DNA from: the human T2T-CHM13v2.0 reference genome, Homo sapiens | NCBI RefSeq assembly: GCF_009914755.1 | Contig: NC_060932.1 | Direction: 5' to 3' (one strand) | DNA length: 64,000 nt | Shown: one piece after another, positions 17,786 to 29,480 of the stretch | Numbering within the stretch: the stretch's first letter is position 1 | Layout of the letters: every line of letters starts with the position of its first letter | Translations under genes and position numbers: made by a program | The notes under the pieces: generated by a model | What the model was told of the DNA's origin: nothing | What the model saw: the letters and a program-made list of their open reading frames with translations, nothing else | The model's database searches: none

Positions 17786-18182
17786 AAAGTAAGGACAGTA
17801 CTATTCAGATTTGCAAACCCCTGTTTTAGTTGACAATTTTAGTAAATTGTGTTTTCAAGGAATTTGTCTCTATTTTTTTTGACTCATGGCTATTTAAAAG
17901 TGTTTTAATTTTTTCAAATTTTAAAGTTATATATTATTATTGGTTTTTAGCTTAATTCTTCTGTTATTAGAGAACATACACTATTTAACTTCAGTTCTTT
18001 ACATTGATGCGTCTTAAATTTATTTCTCAAACTCTCCATTTTCACTTAGTTTCAGACATTAACACACACATACACTCTTTTAGATAGTATTATAGAGAGA
18101 TAAATCATAGAGAGGCCTACTTATCCATCATTGCAATCTTAGGAACATTAATGTTTATGAGGAGAAAGAGGACACAACTAAC

Positions 18183-18950
18183 TGTAACAGCCTGATGGGT
18201 TCTTCTTGCTCACTGCCCAGAAAAGTCAGTGCACTGAGACCAGCAGGTTTTGCAGCAAAAAAGGGTTTAACTATTGCAAGGCCAGCCAAGCAGAAGGATG
18301 GGAGTCAATTCTAAAATCCACCTCCCCAGAACCTTGTAGACTAGTGTTTTTAAGGATAATTTGATGAGCAGGGGGCAAGGGAATGGGTGCTGATGACTGA
18401 TTGGGGATAAAATCATAGGAGTGTCCAAAATGGTCTTTGAGCATGTGCTGAGTCCATTTCTGGGTGGGAGTTATGGGACTGGTTGAGCCAGTTTCCTGCT
18501 ATGTGTCACAAGTCTGAGCGGCATCAGGTGGTCTGCCCAAATGCAAATGTCTGGAAAATGCCTCAAAAACCAATCTTAGGTTGTGACAATAGTGATGTTA
18601 TTTATGGGAGCCACTGGAGAGGTTAAAAATCTTGTGACTTCCAGAACAATGTCTGGTTATTGTTGAATGATACCTACATCTTAGCAGAATTCAGGCCCTG
18701 CCCATCATCCTAAACTGTGGTCTTTCATTAGTCTTCCAAAGGCAAATTCAGTCCTTGGAGCGTAGTCAGTTTGGGGAGGGATTCTTATCATGCTTGGTTC
18801 AAAGTTAAATTATTAACTAAATCCCTTCCATGGTTAGCTTGGCCTCACCCAGGAATGAGCAAGGACGGTTAGCTTGTGAGGTTAGAAGCAAGATGGAGTC
18901 AGCTATGCTAGATTTCATTCACTGTCATAATTTTTGCAAAAGTGGTTTTA
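18183..18950 (-). mobile_element. LTR8-family (ERV1) solo LTR
   Basis: Minus strand starts TAAAACCACTTTTGCAAAAATTATGACAG (recalled LTR8 start TGAAACCGCCTTTGCAAAATTATGAC) and ends GTTACA. TSD TAAC/TAAG. Confidence 0.88.
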
Positions 18951-20739
18951 TAAGGAGAAAATTAAACATCAGTTGGGAGAAAGCACTTGTCACTTCCAAA
19001 AAAGCTAAGAGATGAGAGCTTCAGAAAAGAGCACAGCCCTTTGCCCCAATAGATATGTATTAAGTGGTTAAAATATCACTCTTTCCCATAATAATAAGAT
19101 ATTTTAAAAAATTCTGTGGCTGAGGCAGCCTTCCTACCCTGATGGAAGCCTTTTTGAAATCATATCTTACATCATAGTTCTCCAAACCATTAAAATCTGA
19201 ATTGGCAGTGTGTTAAAAGTGTAGGGAATGAACAAACAGTGACTATAGAGATCACCTCTCTCTCTTTCAAAGGACAAAAGCAAAAATCAAAGAAACTAGC
19301 AAGGAAACAAACAAACAAAATATGTAGGAGGAAAACTATTATAAATCTTGGCTTAAAGGAGAAAATAAGACCAAACTACAGGGAAAATTCCTGGAGCATA
19401 TAAAAACAGGAAATGGGCAAGGATAAGGAAAGCTCTAGTTTACAGGACAGACCAAGTGAATTTTTTTCTTAGGTTAAAGTCTTTAATGAGCTTTTCCCAA
19501 GCTTTTCCCAAAACTCACACATTTTCCGGTTTGAAGTCATTAGCATATCACAGGCATGCCCCTTTTCTAGTATGTTAAATTGTGATAACATTTCAATAGA
19601 AGAAGTGGGAACCTGACCTGCTGTTTTTCACTTCTTTCCTCATTTACATACTTGAAGGTTCAGGAAATAAATTTAAGAAGCACATGGCCTTTTAATTTCC
19701 CTTTCCAAATTTCCAACATTTTCTGGTAGCTTAGGTACACTTTTTTAAAGAAACTGCAGTAGACTATTTATATAAGATACGCTTGGAGAATATGCCTAAT
19801 GCTTTTTCTCAAGACTACTGGTTTGCTAGATTTTCACTTTGGGGGTTTGTTACATCTTAGAGGACACAATTTGACCAGAGTGAGCTGTGTAGCCACAGAA
19901 CTCTGATGGATTATAATAGTGAAGGCAGCATGTGATACCTCCTTGTCTCCTTTCTGGAGAGAATGGTCATGTTAGTGCTCAGGCTTTGGTTCTGCTAAGG
20001 GCCTTGGTGAGTTTGGTAGAAGATGAGTACCATCCCTTAGTTAGTGTTAATATTTCAGAAGAAAGGAGAAGCTAGTCTGCCTGGAGGAACTTGGAGGATG
20101 AGAGTCGGGTTGGAGTATATGCTCTGGAGAGAGGAGACAAGAAACAGGAATGGAAGGAAAAAAATTATGGCAGGAGACTGATGTTTCTCATCCAGCAAGC
20201 ATATATATCTTGAGTAAATTCTTTTAAAACTGGTGAAGTATTTGAAATGAGTAGGTTTTTGTGGAAACTGAGAGAAGGGTTGAGCTGCATGCCCAGAGAG
20301 ATGCATGGAAGAAAACAAGACAGACTATAAGAATGATACAAGTGAAATTTCCATCAACCCCCAGAGTTTTGCAAGGAATCTTGAGGCAATTATCAGACAT
20401 CCAGCGGCTGAGGAGTGGGCTGGGGCTCATGCCAAGTAAGCACTGGTCTCCAAGGGGCAAGGGGCTCCATCTGACATGTCTCACATTTATGTGACGTTTC
20501 CTATTTTCCTCCCATTTCTTTTCTCTCTTCACTCTTTTAAGCTGATGATTTCTACATCTTTATCTTCAGCTGCATTTTTTCCTCCATGAACTTGATTCAT
20601 ATTTTCAACTGTATAGGAGATCCATAATCAGACAAACTGCAGGCATATCAAGCTCACAAATTCACTAGTGTTTCCATTGTTTTCCTTAACTCTCAAATTT
20701 CAACTTTTTCCATATATAGTGCTTTATATTTTGTTTAAT

Positions 20740-21160
20740 AGTAACATAGCCAACCCATGATACATTGGGTGCAGTGCACCCGTGGCTTCTAGTTAGGTTT
20801 GACCAATGAAAGGCAGGTAGGAGGTGAGAGGGCAGGGGGAGAGAGACAGTTGTGTTGCCCTGCCACTTCTGTGTTTTGGAATTGCTCTTCTGGCAGTGGC
20901 TACCTCCACAACTGTATCTCTTGCTAAGGGTGACCTTTCCCACAGCTTCAGCTCTCATCCAGCTTTGGTAAAAATATTTCTTCTGTTTGTTGTTTCAGGC
21001 CTAAGTAATGACTTCCTGCTGTTGCTTATTTCTGGGTATCTAAGTATCTCCTCTTATTTTCTTCAATTTTGCCCCTAATGCTACATATAATCTCTTCATT
21101 AAATTCTCCTCAAATTCCCTGCCTAGCATGCTTTCTGTTTCCTGCAAACCTTGACTCTTA
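20740..21160 (+). mobile_element. Old ERVL LTR (LTR33/LTR16-like)
   Basis: gttaggtttgaccaatgaaaggc...cttcattaaattctcctcaa...tctgtttcctgc resembles these families. Confidence 0.6.
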
Positions 21161-21399
21161 CAGTTGTCTTGGTGTCTCCCATATTCAAAACTGAGCCAAC
21201 CCCTCTGGTTCCTGTAGCTCATGTTGCCTTCAACAGAAAATCTCTGCTTCAGCCCCAACTCCTTGGGATTCAACTCTGACTTTAGTCCCTTTAGAGTATC
21301 CTGGTTTAGGTTCTTTAACCCCAATAAGTAATTAAGGCATTTTAAAATATGCAAACTTTTAACTAAAAAAGTTGTCTAGAATTTAAAGCCTTATCTCTG

Positions 21400-21590
21400 C
21401 AAGTTCCAACCAACTGCCTATCACTTTTCTTTCACTCACTCATTTATTTATTCTTTATAAATTGCATGAGGTCAAGAATTCACTCTCCCTCTTGTTGACT
21501 TTATTTCCAGAGCCTGACAAAGTACTCATTACATTGTATGAACTTGATGAGTGTTTGTTAAAAGAGTGAATGAATAAATGGATGAATGAA
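21400..21590 (+). mobile_element. L2 3' end fragment
   Basis: Ends in the typical gtgtttgtta...gaatgaataaatggatgaatgaatga tail. Confidence 0.65.
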
Positions 21591-21648
21591 TGAGATTTCC
21601 AGAAATGACTTTTGCCTGCCATATAGTTGCATTTTAGCTCTGGGTTAG

Positions 21649-22095
21649 TGTGGTCAATTGTTTGCAAGGATGACTACAACACTTCTTGCTATCTCTGTGT
21701 GCGTGCCCCCTTGCCGGGTGACTTTGCCAGTCCTCCCATGGTACAGTGGCATCTGTCTTCCCTTCATCTGTGCCTGGGCTAGGCCTCTGACTTTCTTTGA
21801 CTATCAAAACTTGGTGGAAATGATGTAGTGTGAGGGAAGGCTGTCAGAGGACTTGCAATTTCACCCTAGGATAGCTGTAGGAAGGTTGTCTAGCTGACTG
21901 GAGGAAGAGAGGCCACGTGGAAGAGGACCAAGCAAACTCAGCTGACAGCCAGCACCTGAGTGAAGCTAGAATCTTGTAGCCTGCCAACCATTCTAGATGA
22001 ATGGAGCCACAAGATGATCCCAAGTGAAGGCTCGAGAGAGGCCACCCAACCAACCCATGGAATCAAGTGACATAATAAATTGTTGTTTCTTTAGG
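21649..22095 (+). mobile_element. MLT1 (H/G-like) MaLR LTR
   Basis: tgtggtcaattgtttgcaaggatg...gaggccacgtggaagagg...ataataaattgttgtttctttaggcac. Confidence 0.75.
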
Positions 22096-22903
22096 CACAT
22101 GACTTAAAAGATGACGTGACTTTAAAGATTAATAAATCAATATCTTTCCCTTTAAGGAACATATAATCTATTGGGAAAGACATATCACATACACTAATAA
22201 TTCCCGGGTTTTGTTTGAGTAGATTATGGATACATTTGTAAAATCTTTTTCCTGGAGTTGTGAATAATTCTTGGCAGCTAGGAAAAGGACATCTAACAAA
22301 ATAAAATGAAGACAGAAAGACCTTGAAAAAAATTGCATTTGGACTAATACACATGAAATATTGGAAACAGGGGGAGATATACATACATAAAGCCAAGAAA
22401 TTTGAGCCATTTATTTCATGCATTATTTAGGAAGGAAGTATGAATTTAGTACTGTCCTGACCATCTCAGTTTTCCTCCATGGATGCATGCAAGAAGAATA
22501 TATTTACACTGGGTTCTATACAGATATTATATATATTTCATATACAGGCTCTGACAGACTCAATTCAGAGTGAAGAGTAAGCTTTCAGATACTTTTCATT
22601 GCATTTATATTATAAACTCCATTTGGTGGGTGAATATCACTGTAAGCCTCAGCATTCATATGCTAATGTTATAAGTTGGAGTTGTCAAGAGAATTATGCA
22701 CAGGCTTGAGTACATGTGTGTGTGAGTGAGTGATATTTGTGTTTGCCAAAGCAGCATGTGCTCCTAAAGGGAGAGTGTGTCTTATCTTACTAGCTGTCTG
22801 GTCTCAGTTTCTCTCTCTAATGTGCCAGGAAGAAAATGTCTTCATCACTGAATATTTTGGTGATGCACAGATTCCAGGATGCCTTCCAGTGGTATGAGAC
22901 ATC

Positions 22904-22998
22904 TGTGTGTGTGTGTGTGTGAGTGTGCGTGCGTGTGTGTGTGTGCTGTGTATGTCTATGAATGCTTTTGTGCGTGTGTGGGCATACACGTGTGTGTA
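22904..22998. repeat. Compound (TG)n repeat
   Basis: Interrupted TG/CG alternating tract. Confidence 0.9.
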
Positions 22999-23607
22999 CA
23001 TATATTTATTAGGAATAGGGTATTAGGATGATTTTTGCTTTTGCATTCTCATCATTTCATGCTATATTTGTAAACATTCTCTCAGATTTGAACTCTTTTG
23101 GCTGAATGATATTTATGAAACAATTCAACATTCCACAGACAGAAGGAAAATGCTCTGGGACTTCACAGTTAATACTTAAATTGATCCTATGTTTCTATAA
23201 GAACAATAACCTTATTTAATAAAGCCTTTTCTGTATATCTTAAATTTTCATATCCTTATAACAACAATAAGAAGAAGCAGAAGGATGGATTTTAACATAA
23301 TTAGAAGGTAGAGTTTGAGCAGTGAGACCATAGGAGAGGGTGGGGGGAAGGTCAGTTCATGTGAAGCCAGGAATGCTTTACTAAAGTCTTGGATGTTATT
23401 CTCTGGGCAGTAGGCTGGTCATTGATGGATTATTAGCTAAGAGATAAGATGACTGAATTCAATATTTTGGAAGGTTTACTCAGGCAAGACTGTGGAGGAA
23501 AGAACTGTCTGAATGAAAGTAGCTGCTCTTTCTCACCAAGCCAAATGAGACATTTTATCCACAATCAAATATTTCTGAGCAAGTCCTTTAAAAACTAGAA
23601 TGTGGAG

Positions 23608-23722
23608 CAGTGTTTCTGAAAGTGTGATTCTGGGTCTACCTGCATCAGAATTACCCAGGGGATGCTTGCTGAAGAGGCTAATTTCTGGTTTCTATCTTAG
23701 ACCTACTGAATTAGTATCTTGG
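23608..23722. mobile_element. MER5-type hAT-Charlie fragment
   Basis: cagtgtttctgaaagtgtg...acctgcatcagaattaccc...agacctactgaatt. Confidence 0.7.
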
Positions 23723-23739
23723 CAGATTGTTAATATTTC

Positions 23740-24085
23740 ATTCTGACTTTGTTCAAACTGCTCTCTTGTCCAGAACATTCTCTCATCCTTCTTCTCCATC
23801 CATTAGGTTGAATACACACCCATTTTTTTTTGTTTTAAACCTAGCTACAGTCTTGCTTTCTTCAGGGAGTCAGTCTTGAATCTGGGTAGAATTGACCACT
23901 TTCTCCATTGTGCTCCTACTGCCCCTTTTAATTAATCTGTAGTGCCACATTAATGCATCTGTTTGTTCATGTTGTATTCTTCCCACTAGATATTTTAGGG
24001 AACAGTGTTGATGACATATGTCTTTGTTTCTCCTAAGCTTAGATGCTTCATAAACACAGTTGAATGAATATATGAATAAATGAAG
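23740..24085 (+). mobile_element. L2 3' fragment
   Basis: ttcccactaga...tgtctttgtt...gttgaatgaatatatgaataaatgaa. Confidence 0.6.
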
Positions 24086-26696
24086 CCTTCTTGGTCTTAC
24101 CTACACCTCTAATCTTCCTCTGGCTAATTGTGTTTAATTTGACAAGTGTTTATGGAATGTTTATTCTGTGCCTAATTCTGTGCTTACTGCTAATGGAAGA
24201 TGGTTTTCACTTGGTTCAATGTAGCACATCCAGTTGAAACTAATATGCTGTTGTTGTATGCCATCATGCTGTGGACAATTTCCAGGTGAAGAGATCAACA
24301 TGAGCTCATGATAGCTCAGATGGTTAGGTGCAGGATTTGGGATTTATAAATGGACCTTGAGGGTCCAGTAAGATTTGAAAAGGTGAGGAGAGACCATGAC
24401 ATTCACAGTCAATGTTCAAGTAGGAATGTATATGGAAAGAGTACAAATTCACAATAAAAATGGAGGGTGAAAAAAGATTAGTAAATTGAAAACAGTGATA
24501 ATACGTAAGTATGAAGAATAAACAGACAATTCTTAAAGGAAAATAATTGGAATTCCTGACAACATCTAAGAAAATCATTCTATTTTACAAAATGGAACAA
24601 ATGGGATGTAAACAGTGGGAAGCAAAAAAAAAGCAAATGAAAATATTTAAAGCCATGGATTTGTCTAAATGGCTTCAGGGCATCTTCTCTAAAGAATGAA
24701 GCTGTACATGACATGACATGACATGGGCACAATGGATGAGGTCACTGTGCCTATTTTCGATTTTTCTTGTGATAAATTGTGACTTCAAAATGAATCTGAA
24801 ACCCTCAGCCCTGGCCCACTGGAACAAGTGAGGCCTGTCCTTCAGGTTACATCAGAGCTTGTAGTCCTGGGATTCCTCAGCAGGGCAGCTCTGTGGGGAG
24901 CTGGCACAGTCTATCTTGTAATGCAGAGTCACTCACTGGCCACCTCAGGAGCTGTTTAAAAGGTAGAGTGATGCCTAGTCTAGGTCCCAGTCACAGATCT
25001 TCAGACATGGCCAAACTCCTATTCTCCTTATGAGTTTTTGGAAAGTATGGTACTTTTATTAAGTGCATTTAAATTTCTTTATCTGTGAACAGCGTTTGGT
25101 GATAGCCTTCTGTTGGCCTTTGCCAGTGAGAACTTTGACCCCAAGAGTGAGTCAACAATGAGGTCTATTATTTTTTCCTGGGTAGCCTCATCTGTGACTT
25201 TGGTCTCTCCAGGCTTGTAATGGTAGTACCATCTGGTACGTGAAGCAGTCTGGGACCTTCTGCTTATGTGTTTCCGAAGAGGAGACACGAAGTCAATGGA
25301 TACCAAAGGGCAGAAGAGTTGTGCAGAGAAGCAAATGCTAAGGCAGGTGCACTTGGCTGGCCAATGCCTAAAACCCAAAGAAAGTTGAACTGTGTATCAC
25401 TAAGATATCAAACAAAAATGACACACATAAATTTAGAGAAAGAAGTATTGAGCAAACATGGTTTAAGGTTTGTGAATTATAGGACTAGATAAATGAGAAC
25501 TAAATCGCCAGGACAACTTACAAGATTTCTGTCTCATGAAAGTTCTCAGAGATTCATTAGATTTTATTTCTCTGTGATGGCTGGCTCCATAAATTTTGGG
25601 CAAAAGCAGGATTGGGGATAAAGACCCACACCTATAGTCTATGAGTTTTGTGCCTACCTTGAAGACTGTTGATTCTGCCAGTTATACCTTGGAAGCTGTC
25701 ATGAGTGTGTTTTTTTTTTTGGATTCGGAAGGGGATTCTTTCAGAATGGCCATGTACAGATTTGAGAGTTGGAGGGGGTGTGGTTCAACCTCACGCTGCA
25801 CCATTTGCAGAGGGAACTCCCTCTAATGACCTTCCCTAACATTTATTCTTCTCTAAAACTGGGATTTGGCTGACAAACTACATGAATTACTACATCTTTT
25901 TATTTGTGTGAAGCAGAGACAGGAAATTTATGGAATAGGAAGTGATAAATCAAAGACATGGGGCTGAATAAGAAATGGCTCTCTCAAATTTTTTTATTTG
26001 TTGATGCACTGGCAAAAAATGAACAGCCTAGAAAAGCGAAGACAGTAAAATACTGCTGAGTTCTTTCTCGAAACACACAACATAAATGTAATGCATTATA
26101 TTCATTTATGCTCCTAGAAGGCACAATTTTTTTGAGTGCTTGAAAGAAAAGATGATTTGATACATAGGAAAAGAGTGCTAGAAGAAACTTAAAACATTTG
26201 CCACTGGAACATCATTTCAAACCTGTCAGAAATGAGCGCAGGAAACAGGAAACTTCTGCCTTGACAATGTTTTTGGAAAAATGGGCCAACTAAACAAATA
26301 TCATTTGAAGGCAGTAAGGAGCAAAATGCTCAGAAACACAATTTTATTTCCTTTTACAAATTCTTCCCCCAGAGTTTTTAGTCACTCACAAAACAGATGT
26401 CGTTTTTGAAAATGCAGAATTGCAAAACACAAAAAAATCAGCATCCTTCAAGAATACTGTTGTGCTTTCTTCTTATTTGCTGGTAGAAAACATGTGTGTC
26501 TTGAATACCAATTATCTTTTCAGTTCAGTATTTTCTTGGGAGAACAAAAACTTTCTGGTACAGCTGCAGAGCAAAAACAAAATGGTATCAGAGAAGAGCA
26601 ACTAGCACCTTGGAACCAGCTGTTTATGCTATTTTGTCATCATCTCTTTAACCCTCTGTGTCCTGAATAAGAGTGGGGAACAATCTGGAATATAAT

Positions 26697-26775
26697 TGTG
26701 TTTGTGTGTGTGTGTGTGTGGGAGGGGGGGTGTGGGTGTGTGTGTGTGTGGGTATGTGCATGCATGCATGTGTGT
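26697..26775. repeat. Compound (TG)n repeat
   Basis: Two TG runs around a G-rich spacer, then (TGCA)n. Confidence 0.9.
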
Positions 26776-26799
26776 TTAAAGCTTTCTCAGCTTCCATTG

Positions 26800-27035
26800 T
26801 ATGCAGTGCTGTAGGAAGACAGACAAACCTGTGCTCCAGTTCCAGGTCTGCCACTTGTTAGTTGTGTGACATTGGGAGTTCTATTTAACATTTCTAAGCT
26901 TCACTTTTCTCACCTGTAAAATGACTGTAATGATGTTGACCTCACAGGGTTGTTATGAGAATTAAGACAATGCATGTTAAAGTACTTAGTGTACTACATG
27001 CTACATAATAGGTGCTCAATGGAGGCTAGCTATTA
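26800..27035 (+). mobile_element. MIR
   Basis: Core tctgccactt...tgtgacattggg...ttctcacctgtaaaatg...cctcacagggttgttatgagaattaa. Confidence 0.85.
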
Positions 27036-27149
27036 TGAGATTGCAATCTATTTGAGGTCAAGGTCTTATTTTTGTGTCCTGCTCGAGGTTCTTTTTACAG
27101 TGATAGGCACAAAAAATATTTGATATTCAGATAATTGTTCCTCTGAAGC

Positions 27150-27352
27150 GTCCCATAAATATCCAAGCACCTACTGCATGTCAGCACTTTACTGTCCTAT
27201 GGTAATTTTCCAATAAACCTGTATAATTGTGTCATTATTGCAGTTTCACCAGATAGGAAACTGACACGCAGAGAAATTGCTCAAGTTCAAGTCAATTAGT
27301 GGTAGAACGGGGGTTCAAACCCAGTCTTCACATTTTAAGTCTAGTATTCTTT
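27150..27352 (-). mobile_element. MIR
   Basis: agataggaaactga...gctcaag...gggttcaaacccagtct. Confidence 0.65.
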
Positions 27353-28549
27353 CCAGAGAAACTTCCTAAAATGAAACAAAATAAAACAACCGTAACAACA
27401 AGATAAAACTAAACCAATAGGGTTGAGGATATATTAGTGTATCATTGTATCATATTATGCACTCAGTGGAAAAGTCAGTCTGCAAAACCAGTGGAAGGCA
27501 GGTAGCCTCTGGGGCTCTGATTTAATCAAGAAGCCTCAGAGGTACAAATATTCAAACGGGAGATTTACTAGGATCTGGAGGTATGGAGCCAGAGAATGCT
27601 TCCAATTGAAATTATAATTTCATCTTTCCAATCCACAGAAAGTGCATTAGCTCTAATTTATGTTATTCTTAGCCAGGCTCATTGACACCTTTGATGTTTT
27701 GCAGGGTTCCATTAGCTTTCAGAAAAGAAAATTTACAGGAAGCTACATCACATGTGGAACACATTTATTAACATATTGCTAAGAACTATAAACTTTTTAA
27801 GAAAAGCAATTTTTTATATAAAAGACTTTATTCCATGTCTTTTAGCTCCATGCAGACTAAGAGAGTCTTCAAAAAAGCGAAGGAATAAAGTACAAAGTAA
27901 TAAAGTAAGGTATTGTTATTTCTCTAGTGTGAATGAAATTGGTGAAAAAAATGGTTTTTTCACAAGTTCCTTCAAAATAAAATCAATGGGGAAAAAACAG
28001 CAAAGAATAAACAAACTATTTACTTCCCAGAAAGAGGAATATTTTTATATGAAATGTTGAGTCCCGGAACAAGAACAACATGATATTTGTCTCATTGCCT
28101 CTCTTCTCAGAAGGCATTTAAAAGTTTTTTTTGAAACAAGACCAGGGCAGCTTACTTTGGAATTGAGTTCCCTGATACCATCCACATGATGTTTGGAAGC
28201 TGAGGCTCAGACACCTCTGGGCTGCCTGGAATATGGCTGCCAGGGCTGCATGATGAAGACAGTAACTGTGAGGAAGAGGAGGCTGGGCTGTCAGGGACAG
28301 TGTCTAGCAGCCAGGCCAAAGCTGAGCTGGAGGAAGGCCCCAAAAGAACCCCCTCCACACCCCAGATTGGAATCATAGTCCTTTGCACAAGGGCCTCTTG
28401 CTGCTGGGTACTATGGGCCTTTTGTCTCCTAGATGTTTTCTCAGCCTACCCCCACCTCTCCAAGGAAAGCAAAATGAATTTGTATTCATTTTCTTTTCTG
28501 TTTTGTTCCAACTAAGATGCTCAAAAGGGCTTACTTCTCTCTCTCTCAA

Positions 28550-28698
28550 TTTTTTTTTTTTTTCTAGGCAGGGTCTCACTCAGTCAGTCAGGCTGGAGTA
28601 CAGTGGTAAAATAATAACTCACTGCAGCCTCAAACTCCTGGGCTCATCTCAGCCTCCCAAAATGCTGGCATTACAGGTGTGAACCACTATGCCTTGCC
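28550..28698 (-). mobile_element. Monomeric Alu (AluJ collapsed between arms, or FAM/FRAM-like)
   Basis: Right-arm 3' end joined directly to a left-arm 5' start (cccaaaatgctggcattacaggtgtgaacc). Confidence 0.8.
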
Positions 28699-29230
28699 AG
28701 AAGAGCTTCCTTTTTGCTTTCTGATGATTTTTTGGAGGGAAGCAGATATTTTAATTTTTCTAAAATTTGTATATTTGTTATCTTGGTATGCTCTAGGCCA
28801 AGCCACACTCTTTTTGTGTGTGGGGGTAATGGTGGGAAGCTAAATTGGCTGGAGTTAAACCCCACTCCGACTTTCTCTTTTGGAACATTTTTCCAGATTA
28901 TAATTGGTCTTGGGAAATGGAGACCCATTGTAGATTTTGCCACTGATCTGGCTGCCCTAATATTGTGGTGGTGGGGTAGGCAGGGGCTGATCACATAATG
29001 TGGGACCTATGTCAGGTATAATAGTCACAGGTGAGGTTGGAAAATGAAGAGGTTCTTACTCTTCTCTCTTACTACAATGCCAGAAAGACACCACTTCTTA
29101 ATGTTAAGGCTGCTCTTTATTCCAAAGTTCTTTTGGCCAGCCTATTGCCTGGTGAATTTTTGCCATGGTGAGCCATGAAAACTGCTGTTTCAAAAGTTGT
29201 AGGGATATAAATAGAAACGCATTTATCTTT

Positions 29231-29343
29231 TAAGGTGACTAACCACCCTGGTCTGGCCAAAACTGAAGGGTTTCCTGAGACATGGGATGTTCAATTTTAT
29301 AACCAGGGTAGTCCCAGACAAACAGGGGCAATTGGTCACTCTA
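29231..29343. mobile_element. MER81-like hAT-Blackjack MITE
   Basis: 113 bp with imperfect TIRs taaggtgactaa / ttggtcactcta. Confidence 0.75.
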
Positions 29344-29359
29344 TCTTAGGATGGCAGGG

Positions 29360-29480
29360 CATAGAGCATTGAACTGAGCATGAGAAGCCCTGGAATTAAG
29401 TATTGGCTGTTTATCCAGCCAGCTGTGTGGCCTTGGGTAACCTTTCAGAACTTCAATTTCCTCAGCTGCAAAATGAAAGT
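29360..29480 (+). mobile_element. MIR fragment
   Basis: ccagctgtgtggccttgggtaa...aatttcctcagctgcaaaatg. Confidence 0.75.

Noticed and set aside
19490-19511. 11-12 bp duplications (also 50252-50284, about 61414-61437) and (ACATG)4 at 24706-24725
   Set aside because: Ordinary slippage-scale repeats with no further structure.
25079-25492. 99-aa and 74-aa ORFs as a gene or processed pseudogene
   Set aside because: No recognisable family, polyA tail or TSD; lengths are compatible with chance. A BLAST search would settle it.
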